From the sequence record PQ657772.1: DNA of 64,000 bases; one strand, 5' to 3'. Positions 29,034-38,796 of this stretch are shown here, piece by piece (the first letter of the stretch is position 1; each line of letters begins with the position of its first letter). Made by a program: the position numbers and the translations under genes. A model generated the notes under the pieces. That model was not told the DNA's origin, did not search any database, and was given only the letters and a program-made list of their open reading frames with translations.

Positions 29034-29509
29034 AGACCATTTTTCTCCATATACTCAATGATTTCATCTACGAAGTTTAAATCCATATAGAATCTATCAT
29101 TTGCGTCATTGAGTTCATCTTTAAGTACTGTAAAAATTGTAGAACTAAACACGATTCTCTCATTGTACAAAGTACTGTACTGGAAGAATTCTTCTTCTGA
29201 TCTAACATTAAATGTGTCATATTCATCATCAACATCAGATCTAGGATGATAGTACTTAAAACTATCAGATGTATGGAAACAATATGAGATAAAATCCCCT
29301 GATGGTGCATCGTCAAGTACACGAATACCACAGAAATTCTCATCTGTAGTATGCAACAAATTGCTATTCATTGACAAATAATTTTTGTACGCATAAAGTG
29401 TGCTTCGTGGGAGAATTATATTCTCTTTAACTGTTACAAGGAACTTATGAAGTTTAATGATATTTTGTGCGATTTTTTGTGCATTGCTAAATGATAGGTC
29501 TTTGGACAT
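29030..29509 (-). CDS. FQxS-motif family protein
   Basis: SEEEFFQYSTLYN. Confidence 0.75.
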   Translation of the reverse strand: MSKDLSFSNAQKIAQNIIKLHKFLVTVKENIILPRSTLYAYKNYLSMNSNLLHTTDENFCGIRVLDDAPSGDFISYCFHTSDSFKYYHPRSDVDDEYDTFNVRSEEEFFQYSTLYNERIVFSSTIFTVLKDELNDANDRFYMDLNFVDEIIEYMEKNGL

Positions 29510-29542
29510 TGTGATATAACCCTTTACAATTAATATAAAGAG

Positions 29543-29572
29543 ATTATATCACAAAGATTTGGAGGGTGTCAA
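29543..29572 (-). promoter_or_regulatory. Sigma70-type promoter
   Basis: TTGACA-18 nt-TATAAT with TGA extension. Confidence 0.65.
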
Positions 29573-30102
29573 GAGTTCTCACGAAGTTCTACCATTTCTT
29601 TCCATACTAAATGGTAATCTTCTAAGTCCAGATAGAAGTCTTCATTTAAGTGCTCATATAAGTACTTGTACATGAATAGTACACCTAAATTGTATTCAGT
29701 ATTAAGTAATGATTGTTGGAAGTAGTTTTCTTCATTTAGTTCTATATCCATGAACTCAAATCTACCTAGACCTTTTAATGTACGTATCTCAACATGTGAA
29801 GTATCTGTTTTACTGAAGCACATGAATCCACCTCTAAATTCGGGATCATATTCACATTCATACTGTCCACTGTTATTATAGAAATCTCTATTACCATCCT
29901 TATCTTTTGGCTTAACAACTGATACGTGAAGGTCGTCATCTTTGTACATTGTACGTTCTGGCGTTTTCACACATTTTAACTTATTTTCTTTAATGTACTT
30001 GATAATATCAATTATATCTTGTGCAGTACTGATTGCTGCCTCGAACGTATCCAACTTAAGATGATTGTATAGAGTTCCCTCGTTCTTTATTTTATCTAAC
30101 AT
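29569..30102 (-). CDS. FQxS-motif family protein
   Basis: NEENYFQQSLLNT; start moved to MLDKIKNE. Confidence 0.75.
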   Translation of the reverse strand: MLDKIKNEGTLYNHLKLDTFEAAISTAQDIIDIIKYIKENKLKCVKTPERTMYKDDDLHVSVVKPKDKDGNRDFYNNSGQYECEYDPEFRGGFMCFSKTDTSHVEIRTLKGLGRFEFMDIELNEENYFQQSLLNTEYNLGVLFMYKYLYEHLNEDFYLDLEDYHLVWKEMVELRENS

Positions 30103-30109
30103 ACTAACC

Positions 30110-30448
30110 TCATAGTTCATACATCTTTGATTTGAATTGCATTGGTCCACCAACTTCACATGGATAATTTTCCATAATACGATTCAAAAGTATCTGGTAC
30201 TGTTGTAGTACTTCAATTTCCAAATGTATACTACTATCCAGTACTAATGACTCCTGGAACAATTCACCTGTATCTAAACATGAAAAATCATTTATAGTTA
30301 GCATTGGCTTATCATTGGTACGCAATGTAAATGATTCCTCATTTCGGATTAATGTACAGAATTCATTATGTTTTCTGTTATAATTCATTTTAACCAATAA
30401 TAACTTAGTGTGAGTTGCGTACATTATTTTTACTAATTCAGTCTTCAT
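30110..30448 (-). CDS. FQxS-motif family protein
   Basis: DTGELFQESLVLD. Confidence 0.75.
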   Translation of the reverse strand: MKTELVKIMYATHTKLLLVKMNYNRKHNEFCTLIRNEESFTLRTNDKPMLTINDFSCLDTGELFQESLVLDSSIHLEIEVLQQYQILLNRIMENYPCEVGGPMQFKSKMYEL

Positions 30449-30797
30449 AACGGAATAAAATTCTCCTGTACTGCTCCGGCTTAGTACTCAATCTCTTCAC
30501 CGGATAATTGTCGAAGATCCTTTTCATTTCTTTCTGGATTAAACAAAGAAAATCAAAATCACAATAGTATTTTTTATCCCATACTAAACTTTCTTGAAAT
30601 AACTCATCTTCTTGCATTAGCGTAGTATCAATTGTATCTTCACGTGTATTTGAGTACGCTTCATGACATTGAAATCCATCTTCTGACAATTCTAATGTAT
30701 ATGCCGCCATTTCAAACATATCATCATTTGTCTTTAACGAAAGTAAACAACAAACGTATTTTTTCGTTGTGTAGTACGTAATACTAATGGTATTCAT
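30438..30797 (-). CDS. FQxS-motif family protein
   Basis: QEDELFQESLVWD. Confidence 0.75.
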   Translation of the reverse strand: MNTISITYYTTKKYVCCLLSLKTNDDMFEMAAYTLELSEDGFQCHEAYSNTREDTIDTTLMQEDELFQESLVWDKKYYCDFDFLCLIQKEMKRIFDNYPVKRLSTKPEQYRRILFRYED

Positions 30798-30802
30798 GGC
30801 AT

Positions 30803-31405
30803 TTAAACCTCAGTATAAAGCTTACAATAGCTTTCATCGAAATCAAAAATACTTCTCAAGAACTGACAAAGGTCAGTAAAAATATTTACATTTGCTATAT
30901 ACACATTATCAAATTCTGTTCTTTCGAAGAATGTATGCATAGAATTTGTAATATATCTCATTGCAGATTCACGCTGCATTGTTATATCATTTGTGAACAT
31001 CGCATCTTCATCAGTACTGACCAATTCAATATCAAATGATTTCATATATGGGATGGACCTCCCTAGTGCAAAACTATCACCATATGATGCTTCTACTGCA
31101 CCTTTAGAATACACCAATTGATATAAGTCCGAAATAGGGTTATAAAAAGTACGACATATTGATGAACATAATTTATTATCTATCCAAAAGAAAACCCTAT
31201 TTGTATTACCGTCAAATGCTATACGCAATCCATCACCATCTAACGATATATCACCATCGAGATTAAAAGAGAACTGAACTAATGCTTTTTCTAAGTCCAT
31301 TCTTTTGTGATAAATGATTTCTTGCATATAGATAATATCATTTACTAATTTCTTAAAATACAAATGAACCTCAGTACTACAACATTTATTTGCATTTAAT
31401 AACAT
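30803..31405 (-). CDS. FQxS-motif family protein (degenerate)
   Basis: DEDAMFTNDITM. Confidence 0.62.
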   Translation of the reverse strand: MLLNANKCCSTEVHLYFKKLVNDIIYMQEIIYHKRMDLEKALVQFSFNLDGDISLDGDGLRIAFDGNTNRVFFWIDNKLCSSICRTFYNPISDLYQLVYSKGAVEASYGDSFALGRSIPYMKSFDIELVSTDEDAMFTNDITMQRESAMRYITNSMHTFFERTEFDNVYIANVNIFTDLCQFLRSIFDFDESYCKLYTEV

Positions 31406-31950
31406 AGTAGATCCTTATACATTGCATGTATTCTTACAATGTCTCTGTAATAACTCATATCTTCACGATTATCATTAAAAACAGTAACACTGAATACAGC
31501 AGTACTAATTGAACTATCAACAATGTACTCTTTTAATTTATTATAAAGATATATGCACTTAGTAGATGTATCATCCCACATAAGACTATTTTGAAAGATG
31601 TTTTCTTCTGTGTTAGGATATAAGTACTGCTCAATCTTGTACTCCAATGAACTATCACAGTTTTTATATACAGAAATAGATGGGACATTCATATTGAACA
31701 TAATACTAATAACATTATCATTGTATGTAGAAATTAAACTGGTACTGGATGCTACACTTTCATCATAATTCAGTACTGAAATTCTTGCATTATCTGTGCA
31801 GTACAGATGTTTCATTCCACCTCTCATAGACATAGTAAGAAATTTATCAGTGAACCATATTCCTTTTGTTTTCAGTATAGTTTCATGCATAAGATAAGTT
31901 TCAATGAAGATTTTTACACGCTCAAATGCCAAGTCAAGTTCATTGTACAT
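31396..31950 (-). CDS. FQxS-motif family protein
   Basis: TEENIFQNSLMWD; start moved to MYNELDL. Confidence 0.75.
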   Translation of the reverse strand: MYNELDLAFERVKIFIETYLMHETILKTKGIWFTDKFLTMSMRGGMKHLYCTDNARISVLNYDESVASSTSLISTYNDNVISIMFNMNVPSISVYKNCDSSLEYKIEQYLYPNTEENIFQNSLMWDDTSTKCIYLYNKLKEYIVDSSISTAVFSVTVFNDNREDMSYYRDIVRIHAMYKDLLCY

Positions 31951-32131
31951 AACGGATATCCTTCTGTAAAGAATCAATATATTCTTTAACAACTTGTTCC
32001 TGATACTGTGTGCCCAAATACATCAGTACTTTTAATTCTTTGAATTCAGTACTATATGAGTCAATTTGCATCATTTTAGAAGAATATATATTGAATAGTT
32101 TAGCAATATCATCTTGGTCTATTATTTTCAT
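31940..32131 (-). CDS. LGTNYQ-family small protein (dispersed copy)
   Basis: LMYLGTQYQEQVVKEYI. Confidence 0.75.
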   Translation of the reverse strand: MKIIDQDDIAKLFNIYSSKMMQIDSYSTEFKELKVLMYLGTQYQEQVVKEYIDSLQKDIRYVQ

Positions 32132-32327
32132 ATATTCTCTTCTGGATTAGTTCCTGTAAGTGCTGAATATAACCCTTCATTGCAACATCCTGTTTGTTAG
32201 AGCCAACGAAGAACAATAGCTTAAAGTCATGGTAATCCATTTTTGGTTTAGTAGTGAACCATATGTCCCACACTGCACTCACAGTTCTCATGTATTCAAT
32301 TCGATTAAATGTTTTTGAATACTTCAT
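32109..32327 (-). CDS. LGTNYQ-family small protein (dispersed copy)
   Basis: FFVGSNKQDVAMKGYI. Confidence 0.65.
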   Translation of the reverse strand: MKYSKTFNRIEYMRTVSAVWDIWFTTKPKMDYHDFKLLFFVGSNKQDVAMKGYIQHLQELIQKRIYENNRPR

Positions 32328-32841
32328 CGATGTTCATCGCCAATAAGTTAATATACAAATTACTGTTAAATGCAATCTGCAATTCCATATAGAACTGAAT
32401 GATAGCATAGTCAGGGTCAGTACACGATAGTTGAAAACACTGTTCGTCAAATGCATTGTAACTGTACTTAGGGATGTGAATTTCACGCTTCAAATCAGGT
32501 TGACCCCACTTCATCGCATACACACCAATGTTATTGTTCTTTTTCCTTTTCTTAAATGTTAATTGTTGAATATTTCCAGCGTTGTCTAGGAAAATAGTAT
32601 TATTCGACACAGGTGCACCAATAGAAAACAATGATGTATCAATGACGTGTTTCTCACGTATCTCACACTTCTGGAATGCACCATTCCCTTGTAACAGTTT
32701 ATGGAAATCGTACTTCTCATTAACAACAGTACTAGGATCAATTAATCCAGTACTGCATTTTTTCAGTACTGGTACGATAGTGCGAATCTTTTTTGATAAA
32801 TCTTGTAATGCATCATAATCATTAATGTTAATTTTTCTCAA
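32305..32841 (-). CDS. FQxS-motif family protein
   Basis: FDEQCFQLSCTDP. Confidence 0.72.
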   Translation of the reverse strand: MRKININDYDALQDLSKKIRTIVPVLKKCSTGLIDPSTVVNEKYDFHKLLQGNGAFQKCEIREKHVIDTSLFSIGAPVSNNTIFLDNAGNIQQLTFKKRKKNNNIGVYAMKWGQPDLKREIHIPKYSYNAFDEQCFQLSCTDPDYAIIQFYMELQIAFNSNLYINLLAMNIDEVFKNI

Positions 32842-33284
32842 AAGGATGCCTCTTCTATAGTAACGAAATCAACTAACCTATCAAGTTTTTCAGTGTCTAG
32901 ATAAAATATATCCAGTACTGACTTCTGATATAGTACACTAAATGTACATAGATTGTCAAGTGTTCCTTCATTATAAACAGTACTTCCCTGGAAGTACCCT
33001 TCTTCTGTACTCAGAGATAAAATATCAGAAATTTTAAAAGATTCTTCATTCTCATGACGCTCTATCGTAACTTCATCATATTTTCTGTTCAATGAAATAT
33101 AATCGTATGCTAATTCAATAGTACTACAGTTGTTGTTGCTAGTGTCAAATAAAGAATCAATTGTAATCTTCGTACCATTAGAAACTTCTCTTCGTTCATC
33201 ATCTACGTATTCAGGATTTTCTTTGAAGAACTTAACAACTTTTAGAATATCATTTGCTTTCTTGATTGCACTTTCGTAACTCAT
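32838..33284 (-). CDS. FQxS-motif family protein, SLESAL subfamily
   Basis: MSYESAIKKA; TEEGYFQGSTVYN. Confidence 0.78.
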   Translation of the reverse strand: MSYESAIKKANDILKVVKFFKENPEYVDDERREVSNGTKITIDSLFDTSNNNCSTIELAYDYISLNRKYDEVTIERHENEESFKISDILSLSTEEGYFQGSTVYNEGTLDNLCTFSVLYQKSVLDIFYLDTEKLDRLVDFVTIEEASF

Positions 33285-33724
33285 TTTTTTCTGGACTCCA
33301 TATATATCACCTGATTTAGTTCATATACATAATCTAAATCAATGAATATAGAATTATTAAAGTTCTCTTTCAGGAATGCATTAAAAACTACTAAAGCTCT
33401 TAACGCCCCATTTGGGTATATAGTACTGTACTGGAAGTAAGCATCTTCTGAATTTAAAAATAGTACTTCTTCTTCTGTGAATTCAAAATATTTTCCACCT
33501 TCCTCTATATAATAGAAAGTTCCAGAATCCCATACGAAGTACTTGAATTCCAAATCATAATCATGGGACTCGTACTTATATTCATTACCTAATCCTAGAA
33601 TATCTGTACCAACACTTATAGTACTAATATATGCCCCTTTATAGTCTAAGTACTTTACATTATTTTGAAAGAACTTTACTATATTAACTAATTCTTCAGC
33701 GTGCTTAAGATCACTTTCGTACAT
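33281..33724 (-). CDS. FQxS-motif family protein, SLESAL subfamily
   Basis: MYESDLKHA; SEDAYFQYSTIYP. Confidence 0.78.
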   Translation of the reverse strand: MYESDLKHAEELVNIVKFFQNNVKYLDYKGAYISTISVGTDILGLGNEYKYESHDYDLEFKYFVWDSGTFYYIEEGGKYFEFTEEEVLFLNSEDAYFQYSTIYPNGALRALVVFNAFLKENFNNSIFIDLDYVYELNQVIYMESRKK

Positions 33725-34038
33725 TATATTTCAATCTCTATATATTTTTGGGTAATTAAGTAATCCCAGTAGTACTTCACTTGTTTTTGTATCTCAAGTA
33801 AAGCATAAAAATTAATTCTCTTATCCCATACAAGTGATTCCTGAAAAAGAAATGTTTCATGATCATCTCTGTAATCACATTCAAGGAAGTCAGGAATATA
33901 ATCACAATCGTGAAGATATTCAATCATTAAAGATTCATTACATCTTCTAACGGCAAGGTGCTGGAAATTATCATGATCGAAGAAATACATTAAACTAATT
34001 GTACCTGGAATGTACTGAATACTGTATAATAATTTCAT
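33724..34038 (-). CDS. FQxS-motif family protein
   Basis: HETFLFQESLVWD. Confidence 0.75.
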   Translation of the reverse strand: MKLLYSIQYIPGTISLMYFFDHDNFQHLAVRRCNESLMIEYLHDCDYIPDFLECDYRDDHETFLFQESLVWDKRINFYALLEIQKQVKYYWDYLITQKYIEIEI

Positions 34039-34478
34039 CGTTTACCCTTATGTGCTGCACGTACATATTCATAATCCAAATAAAATCTTGTGCTATCAAT
34101 ACTTTTAAAGTACCACATAATAACTAAAGTATCTAGTACTTCATCATCATACAAAGTACTATTCTGAAAGTAATACTCTTCACTATCCCACGGGCCTTTC
34201 AGTACTTCAAAGTTCAATTTTAAAGGTCTGCTGCGATTATAAAAACGGATTTCACCACCATAAGCATAACTGATAAATTCTGCATCTGGATTGTATTGTG
34301 AAAAATCTGCGGGACTTTTGGAATTCAACCCAAGAATAACTGTAGTTGTAGCAAAATCACAATCCTTGTAGTAGTTACCATTCTCGGCTTTGTATACTTC
34401 TTCGAACTTCCCAGCCTTAATATCTTCAATATATGCCTGTAGTTCTTTTGCTTTATCAAGAGCACTTCGTAATGACAT
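34035..34478 (-). CDS. FQxS-motif family protein, SLESAL subfamily
   Basis: MSLRSALDKA; GPWDSEEYYFQNSTLYD. Confidence 0.8.
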   Translation of the reverse strand: MSLRSALDKAKELQAYIEDIKAGKFEEVYKAENGNYYKDCDFATTTVILGLNSKSPADFSQYNPDAEFISYAYGGEIRFYNRSRPLKLNFEVLKGPWDSEEYYFQNSTLYDDEVLDTLVIMWYFKSIDSTRFYLDYEYVRAAHKGKR

Positions 34479-34944
34479 TATCTTCCCCTACAGTATTCTC
34501 TACGTATTCATAATCGAAATAGAAACTATCAGAACCAATACTTTTAAAGTACCACATAATTACAATAACATCTAATTCTTCTTCATTGTACACAGTACTG
34601 TTCTGGAAGTAATATTCTTCACTATCCCACGGACCTTCTAGTACTGAATACGGAATGATTGTGTCATCATCATCGTAATCAGGGCTGTAAATTATAATAT
34701 CTTCATCTCTACAATAACTAATGTACTGATTGTACATATGATATTCACAGTCATCAGTATCACCCGTATCAGTGTGTAGTACTAACGTTTCTGCACATAT
34801 CTCTGACTCATCATAATCGTCGCGGTCTTTTACAAAAAATTCAGTATCAGATGTTTTATACACACCAGGCACTGAACCTTCTTGTACCATAATCATGTAC
34901 TCATGAATCTTCTTTGCTTCTTTCAATGCACTTTCTAATGACAT
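34456..34944 (-). CDS. FQxS-motif family protein, SLESAL subfamily
   Basis: MSLESALKEA; GPWDSEEYYFQNSTVYN. Confidence 0.8.
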   Translation of the reverse strand: MSLESALKEAKKIHEYMIMVQEGSVPGVYKTSDTEFFVKDRDDYDESEICAETLVLHTDTGDTDDCEYHMYNQYISYCRDEDIIIYSPDYDDDDTIIPYSVLEGPWDSEEYYFQNSTVYNEEELDVIVIMWYFKSIGSDSFYFDYEYVENTVGEDNVITKCS

Positions 34945-34946
34945 TA

Positions 34947-35387
34947 CTAATCCCCTGTACTTAAATATTCACATGCTCCCCAGTCAAGGAAGAAGGGTTC
35001 AAAATTCAATTCCTTAAAGTACCACAAAACAACCAAGGAATCAAGCATTTCTTGGTTAAAAATAAGACTCTGTTGGAAGTAATACTCTTCAGTACCCCAC
35101 GGCCCATCAAGTACCCCGAAGTCAACAGGTGTATTTGATGTGTCAAAAGTAATCTTAGTACCTGGAATATATACAAAAAAACTAGTATATTGACTACATG
35201 AAGAGTACTGTATAGTATTGTCTTTATCATGGCCCATAAGTAAAATATCATCAGAGTATGTCTTTATACCTGATAGATAATACTCATTACCAAATGCACT
35301 TACTTTATCACCATAGAAACCACTTTTTATGTTATCGTGGAAGTGATGTATTTTGTGTGCCAGTTTAAGTGCACTTGCTAAACTCAT
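34947..35387 (-). CDS. FQxS-motif family protein, SLESAL subfamily
   Basis: MSLASALKLA; GPWGTEEYYFQQSLIFN. Confidence 0.8.
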   Translation of the reverse strand: MSLASALKLAHKIHHFHDNIKSGFYGDKVSAFGNEYYLSGIKTYSDDILLMGHDKDNTIQYSSCSQYTSFFVYIPGTKITFDTSNTPVDFGVLDGPWGTEEYYFQQSLIFNQEMLDSLVVLWYFKELNFEPFFLDWGACEYLSTGD

Positions 35388-35854
35388 ATATCCTCTTTAA
35401 TAACTCGTAGTAGATCCAAGTCCAGATAGAAGCTAGGACAATCGGTATTATTAAAGTACCACAGAATGACAAGCTTGTCAAGCACATATTCCTCGTAGAT
35501 AGTATTCTGCTGGAAGTAGAACTCTTCACTTCCCCAGTCATTATCCAGTACTGAATACGGAAGATGTTTCTCTGCTGCACCAGTTATAATGTCAGTATAT
35601 TGTATTAAAATATCAGCATCACGACAGAAGTACATGTAATTATCTTCCAGATTAACATCACACCCAGTGAGTGTTGTTTCAGAAGAATCTAAGTTTTCTT
35701 CGTACATGTGAATGTACTCACTACTGTCATCGTATATCATTCGACAATAAGCTTTACCTTCCTTGAATAGATACCCATTGAGTCGATTGAGTACTATTTC
35801 CTTTTTACATAAATCAATTAACTTAGCAATTTCTAATGCTCTTTCTAAACTCAT
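35384..35854 (-). CDS. FQxS-motif family protein, SLESAL subfamily
   Basis: MSLERALEIA; WGSEEFYFQQNTIYE. Confidence 0.8.
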   Translation of the reverse strand: MSLERALEIAKLIDLCKKEIVLNRLNGYLFKEGKAYCRMIYDDSSEYIHMYEENLDSSETTLTGCDVNLEDNYMYFCRDADILIQYTDIITGAAEKHLPYSVLDNDWGSEEFYFQQNTIYEEYVLDKLVILWYFNNTDCPSFYLDLDLLRVIKEDI

Positions 35855-35855
35855 T

Positions 35856-36347
35856 TTAACCCCTGTTAATACCGTTATCTACAGTTTTCTTTACGTATTT
35901 GTAATCGAAATAGAAGTTCCCAGAACCAATACTTTTAAAGTACCACATAATTATAATAACATCAAGTACTTCATTATCGTATACAGTACTTTGTTGGAAG
36001 TAATACTCTTCACTATCCCACGGACCTTCCAGTACTTCACTCGGAATTATAATGTCATCGGAATCGCTGTCAGTACTGTAGATGGTATTTGTATCATTAA
36101 TATAGACCATGTACTCATTATGCATATTAATGTAGCATTCATAATCATTAGGGTCGGTATCTAGTATGCACGTTTCTGTATCCAGTACGCACGTTTCTGT
36201 ATCTGAGCAGTCATTATAAAGGAGGTTATCCGGTACATAATATTGAGTACTTGTGTCTTTGAAAACACCGTAAACTGAACCTTCTTTTGCCATATTCATG
36301 TACTCATGAATCTTCTTTGCTTTTTCCAATGAACTCTGTAATGTCAT
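35856..36347 (-). CDS. FQxS-motif family protein, SLESAL subfamily; close paralogue of 34456..34944
   Basis: MTLQSSLEKA; GPWDSEEYYFQQSTVYD. Confidence 0.8.
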   Translation of the reverse strand: MTLQSSLEKAKKIHEYMNMAKEGSVYGVFKDTSTQYYVPDNLLYNDCSDTETCVLDTETCILDTDPNDYECYINMHNEYMVYINDTNTIYSTDSDSDDIIIPSEVLEGPWDSEEYYFQQSTVYDNEVLDVIIIMWYFKSIGSGNFYFDYKYVKKTVDNGINRG

Positions 36348-36356
36348 TTTATAATC

Positions 36357-36716
36357 TCATATATTGAAATAATAATTATTCGTTCTTGATGGGGATGGAT
36401 TAAATACGTTTTCTTTTTCAAATCTCTTCATTTCATTTTGCAAAGAAACCATTTCTTCAAATGTACAGGAGTACTTATTCTTATCAAACACTAATGCAGC
36501 CTGAAATAGTTCACCATCGTCCAGTACTGTATAATCTATAAGACTCTCAGATTCATAGTCATAGTCATCATGTGATACATGAATAAATTTAAAACAAGAA
36601 TCTTTGTAATGCATGTATAAACTCAACTCATGTTCCGAGTCGCCCTTAATAAGATTACAGCACAAGTCCCATCCTTTAGGTAACTTATAATAGTACATAG
36701 AATAATCATATGTCAT
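36357..36716 (-). CDS. FQxS-motif family protein
   Basis: DDGELFQAALVFD. Confidence 0.78.
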   Translation of the reverse strand: MTYDYSMYYYKLPKGWDLCCNLIKGDSEHELSLYMHYKDSCFKFIHVSHDDYDYESESLIDYTVLDDGELFQAALVFDKNKYSCTFEEMVSLQNEMKRFEKENVFNPSPSRTNNYYFNI

Positions 36717-37072
36717 TCTTGAATTCCTAAATTGAATTTGTATTCTTGATTAATACTTGCATTGGGTTTATGCAAAGCAGCATACTCTTTCATTTCATTT
36801 TGTATTGCAATAACTTCTTCAAATGTACACAAGTACTTCTTATCAAATACTAATGATTCTTGGAATAGTTCTGCGGTATCCATTAATGTATAGTCCGGCA
36901 TATCTTGGTGTGGATACTGTAATGAACTGTAATCAATGAATGTAAATTTACCCTGAGTGAAATGAATATACTCATTTGCACTGTGCATCAAATCACCTTT
37001 GTTTAAATTACAAAAGTACTGAAAACTGTTCTTAAAAGAATGTACTGATATTACAAAATCAAATTCCATCAC
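36713..37072 (-). CDS. FQxS-motif family protein
   Basis: DTAELFQESLVFD. Confidence 0.78.
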   Translation of the reverse strand: MMEFDFVISVHSFKNSFQYFCNLNKGDLMHSANEYIHFTQGKFTFIDYSSLQYPHQDMPDYTLMDTAELFQESLVFDKKYLCTFEEVIAIQNEMKEYAALHKPNASINQEYKFNLGIQE

Positions 37073-37446
37073 TCTTCCCCTAGATTGAAATGATTACTAA
37101 AATTAGTTTCACCAGTTTTACACCATTTATCTATACATTCCCTGTGAATGCATTTAATTCTACGCTGGATTTCAACAATCTCTTCTAATGTACAGATGTA
37201 CTTCTTGTCAAATACTAATGACTCCTGAAATAGTGCAGCATCATCCATTAAGGTATAGTCCAGCATATCGGTTGCTTTACAACTAAATCCAGTACCAAGA
37301 TCCATTAAATAAAATTGTGAATTCCAGAACTTTATAACCTTACCCCTTGTGTAGTTTAAATCACCTTTGTACAAATTACAACACGTAATCAACTCACCCG
37401 TGTACATCCATGTCCCTATACTAAATTCTTTATATTTTATTTCCAT
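37069..37446 (-). CDS. FQxS-motif family protein
   Basis: DDAALFQESLVFD; start moved to MEIKYKEF. Confidence 0.78.
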   Translation of the reverse strand: MEIKYKEFSIGTWMYTGELITCCNLYKGDLNYTRGKVIKFWNSQFYLMDLGTGFSCKATDMLDYTLMDDAALFQESLVFDKKYICTLEEIVEIQRRIKCIHRECIDKWCKTGETNFSNHFNLGEE

Positions 37447-37449
37447 AAT

Positions 37450-37642
37450 AATCTCTACTGTAATTAATAAGGTAAACTCCAATATAAGGAGAACGTTCGC
37501 GGCGGGGTATTTTTTTGTTTCAGGAAACATGAACTGTACTCTGAAAACACATTTTAAAACTTTATATTAAACATATACCTTAACATGTTTTTCAGCGAAA
37601 ATTTTTTTGACCCCCCCTGCGGCCTGTGAAAACGAAACGTCT
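37450..37642. other. Non-coding site with two GC-rich blocks flanking A/T tracts (function unknown)
   Basis: GCGGCGGGGTATTTTTTTG ... TTTTTTTGACCCCCCCTGCGGCC; imperfect inverted relationship. Confidence 0.45.
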
Positions 37643-37858
37643 CTATTTATTCAGCCTAGAAAGCTTGATTTCTTCAATCCTTTTCATCGCACAAAGCCTT
37701 CGACTCGTCTTCTCGTATAAATTCAATACTCGTTGTACTGCATCATCTGCAACTGCAATCTGAACCAAATATGTATCCTTCAAAATCGAATCCATCATGT
37801 ATTCAAAACCTTTCACACTATAGCAATATACTACTTCCGGCTCTTCAAACGTAATCAT
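37643..37858 (-). CDS. Hypothetical protein
   Basis: GGAG RBS, tiling. Confidence 0.65.
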   Translation of the reverse strand: MITFEEPEVVYCYSVKGFEYMMDSILKDTYLVQIAVADDAVQRVLNLYEKTSRRLCAMKRIEEIKLSRLNK

Positions 37859-38048
37859 AACTCCAATCCCCTATTCCATCTAACCTTCTAAGATATCTTG
37901 CGTAAATTATTTCGAAATATCTGTGCAACGAAATTACGGATTGCTCATAATCATCATTCCTGTACATTGTGCATGTAAGAAAATCATTTAAACCGTAATC
38001 TAAACTGCACTTGAACTTCTCCTTTGCAACATCTCTAAAATTATCCAT
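37845..38048 (-). CDS. Hypothetical protein
   Basis: GAGG RBS, tiling. Confidence 0.65.
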   Translation of the reverse strand: MDNFRDVAKEKFKCSLDYGLNDFLTCTMYRNDDYEQSVISLHRYFEIIYARYLRRLDGIGDWSYDYV

Positions 38049-38202
38049 AATATGTCCTCTGCACAGCGTAGGTGTACTGTGAACTCAGCACCGTTAATAT
38101 GTAATTTATATTATAAGCACGACTTCCTCGTTGACTAGCACGACTGGAATAAAGAATATTGTCCACATATGTATCGAACTGTTCTTCAAATAACTCTTTC
38201 AT
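38041..38202 (-). CDS. 53-aa hypothetical protein (not in ORF track)
   Basis: MKELFEEQFDTYVDNILYSS...; fills gap, preceded by repeated AGGGTG. Confidence 0.6.
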   Translation of the reverse strand: MKELFEEQFDTYVDNILYSSRASQRGSRAYNINYILTVLSSQYTYAVQRTYYG

Positions 38203-38250
38203 CAGCACCCTTCAGCACCCTTTAGCACCCTTTAACAACCTTTAACAACT
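38202..38250. repeat. Five tandem degenerate 10-bp repeats
   Basis: TCAGCACCCT TCAGCACCCT TTAGCACCCT TTAACAACCT TTAACAACT. Confidence 0.75.
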
Positions 38251-38786
38251 TTTGAAATGTAATCTTCTAATGCACCAATGTTCTTTGTATTCGTTCGAAC
38301 TAAAAGATAACTTAAATTCTCGAACTCCTGAACATAATGCTTAACAGCGTACATGCATCGTAATTCAAAATCTGTATGAACCGTTTTGTACTGAAATAAC
38401 ATCTCTTCTGAAGCATCTAAAAGCTCTGTAGCTTGTTCTGTACTGAACTTAAAGGGATTCTGTACTCCTGAACTAAAACACTTTTGTTCGTTCGTCTGGA
38501 CACCCTGTGATAGATATAATCCTGTGCTACCATCTTGTGTTGATATCGAATTGAAACCATTACTTGCAACCATTAAATCTGAACTCAATACAAATAATAA
38601 TTTATCTTCCTTATGAATTAATAAATCTGACTTCAGGGTTTTTATTCCTGTACTGGTTATATCACCTATACTAAGATTGTCACTGAACTTCTCAGCGTTG
38701 TTCGCAATGCTCTGGACAAGATTTTTTAATCTCTTAATGGCACTTCTGTCTTTTTCTAATGTATCTAATAAACTCATTGAACTCAT
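38232..38786 (-). CDS. FQxS-motif family protein
   Basis: SEEMLFQYKTVHT; start moved to MSSMSLL. Confidence 0.75.
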   Translation of the reverse strand: MSSMSLLDTLEKDRSAIKRLKNLVQSIANNAEKFSDNLSIGDITSTGIKTLKSDLLIHKEDKLLFVLSSDLMVASNGFNSISTQDGSTGLYLSQGVQTNEQKCFSSGVQNPFKFSTEQATELLDASEEMLFQYKTVHTDFELRCMYAVKHYVQEFENLSYLLVRTNTKNIGALEDYISKVVKGC

Positions 38787-38796
38787 TGTACTTTCC

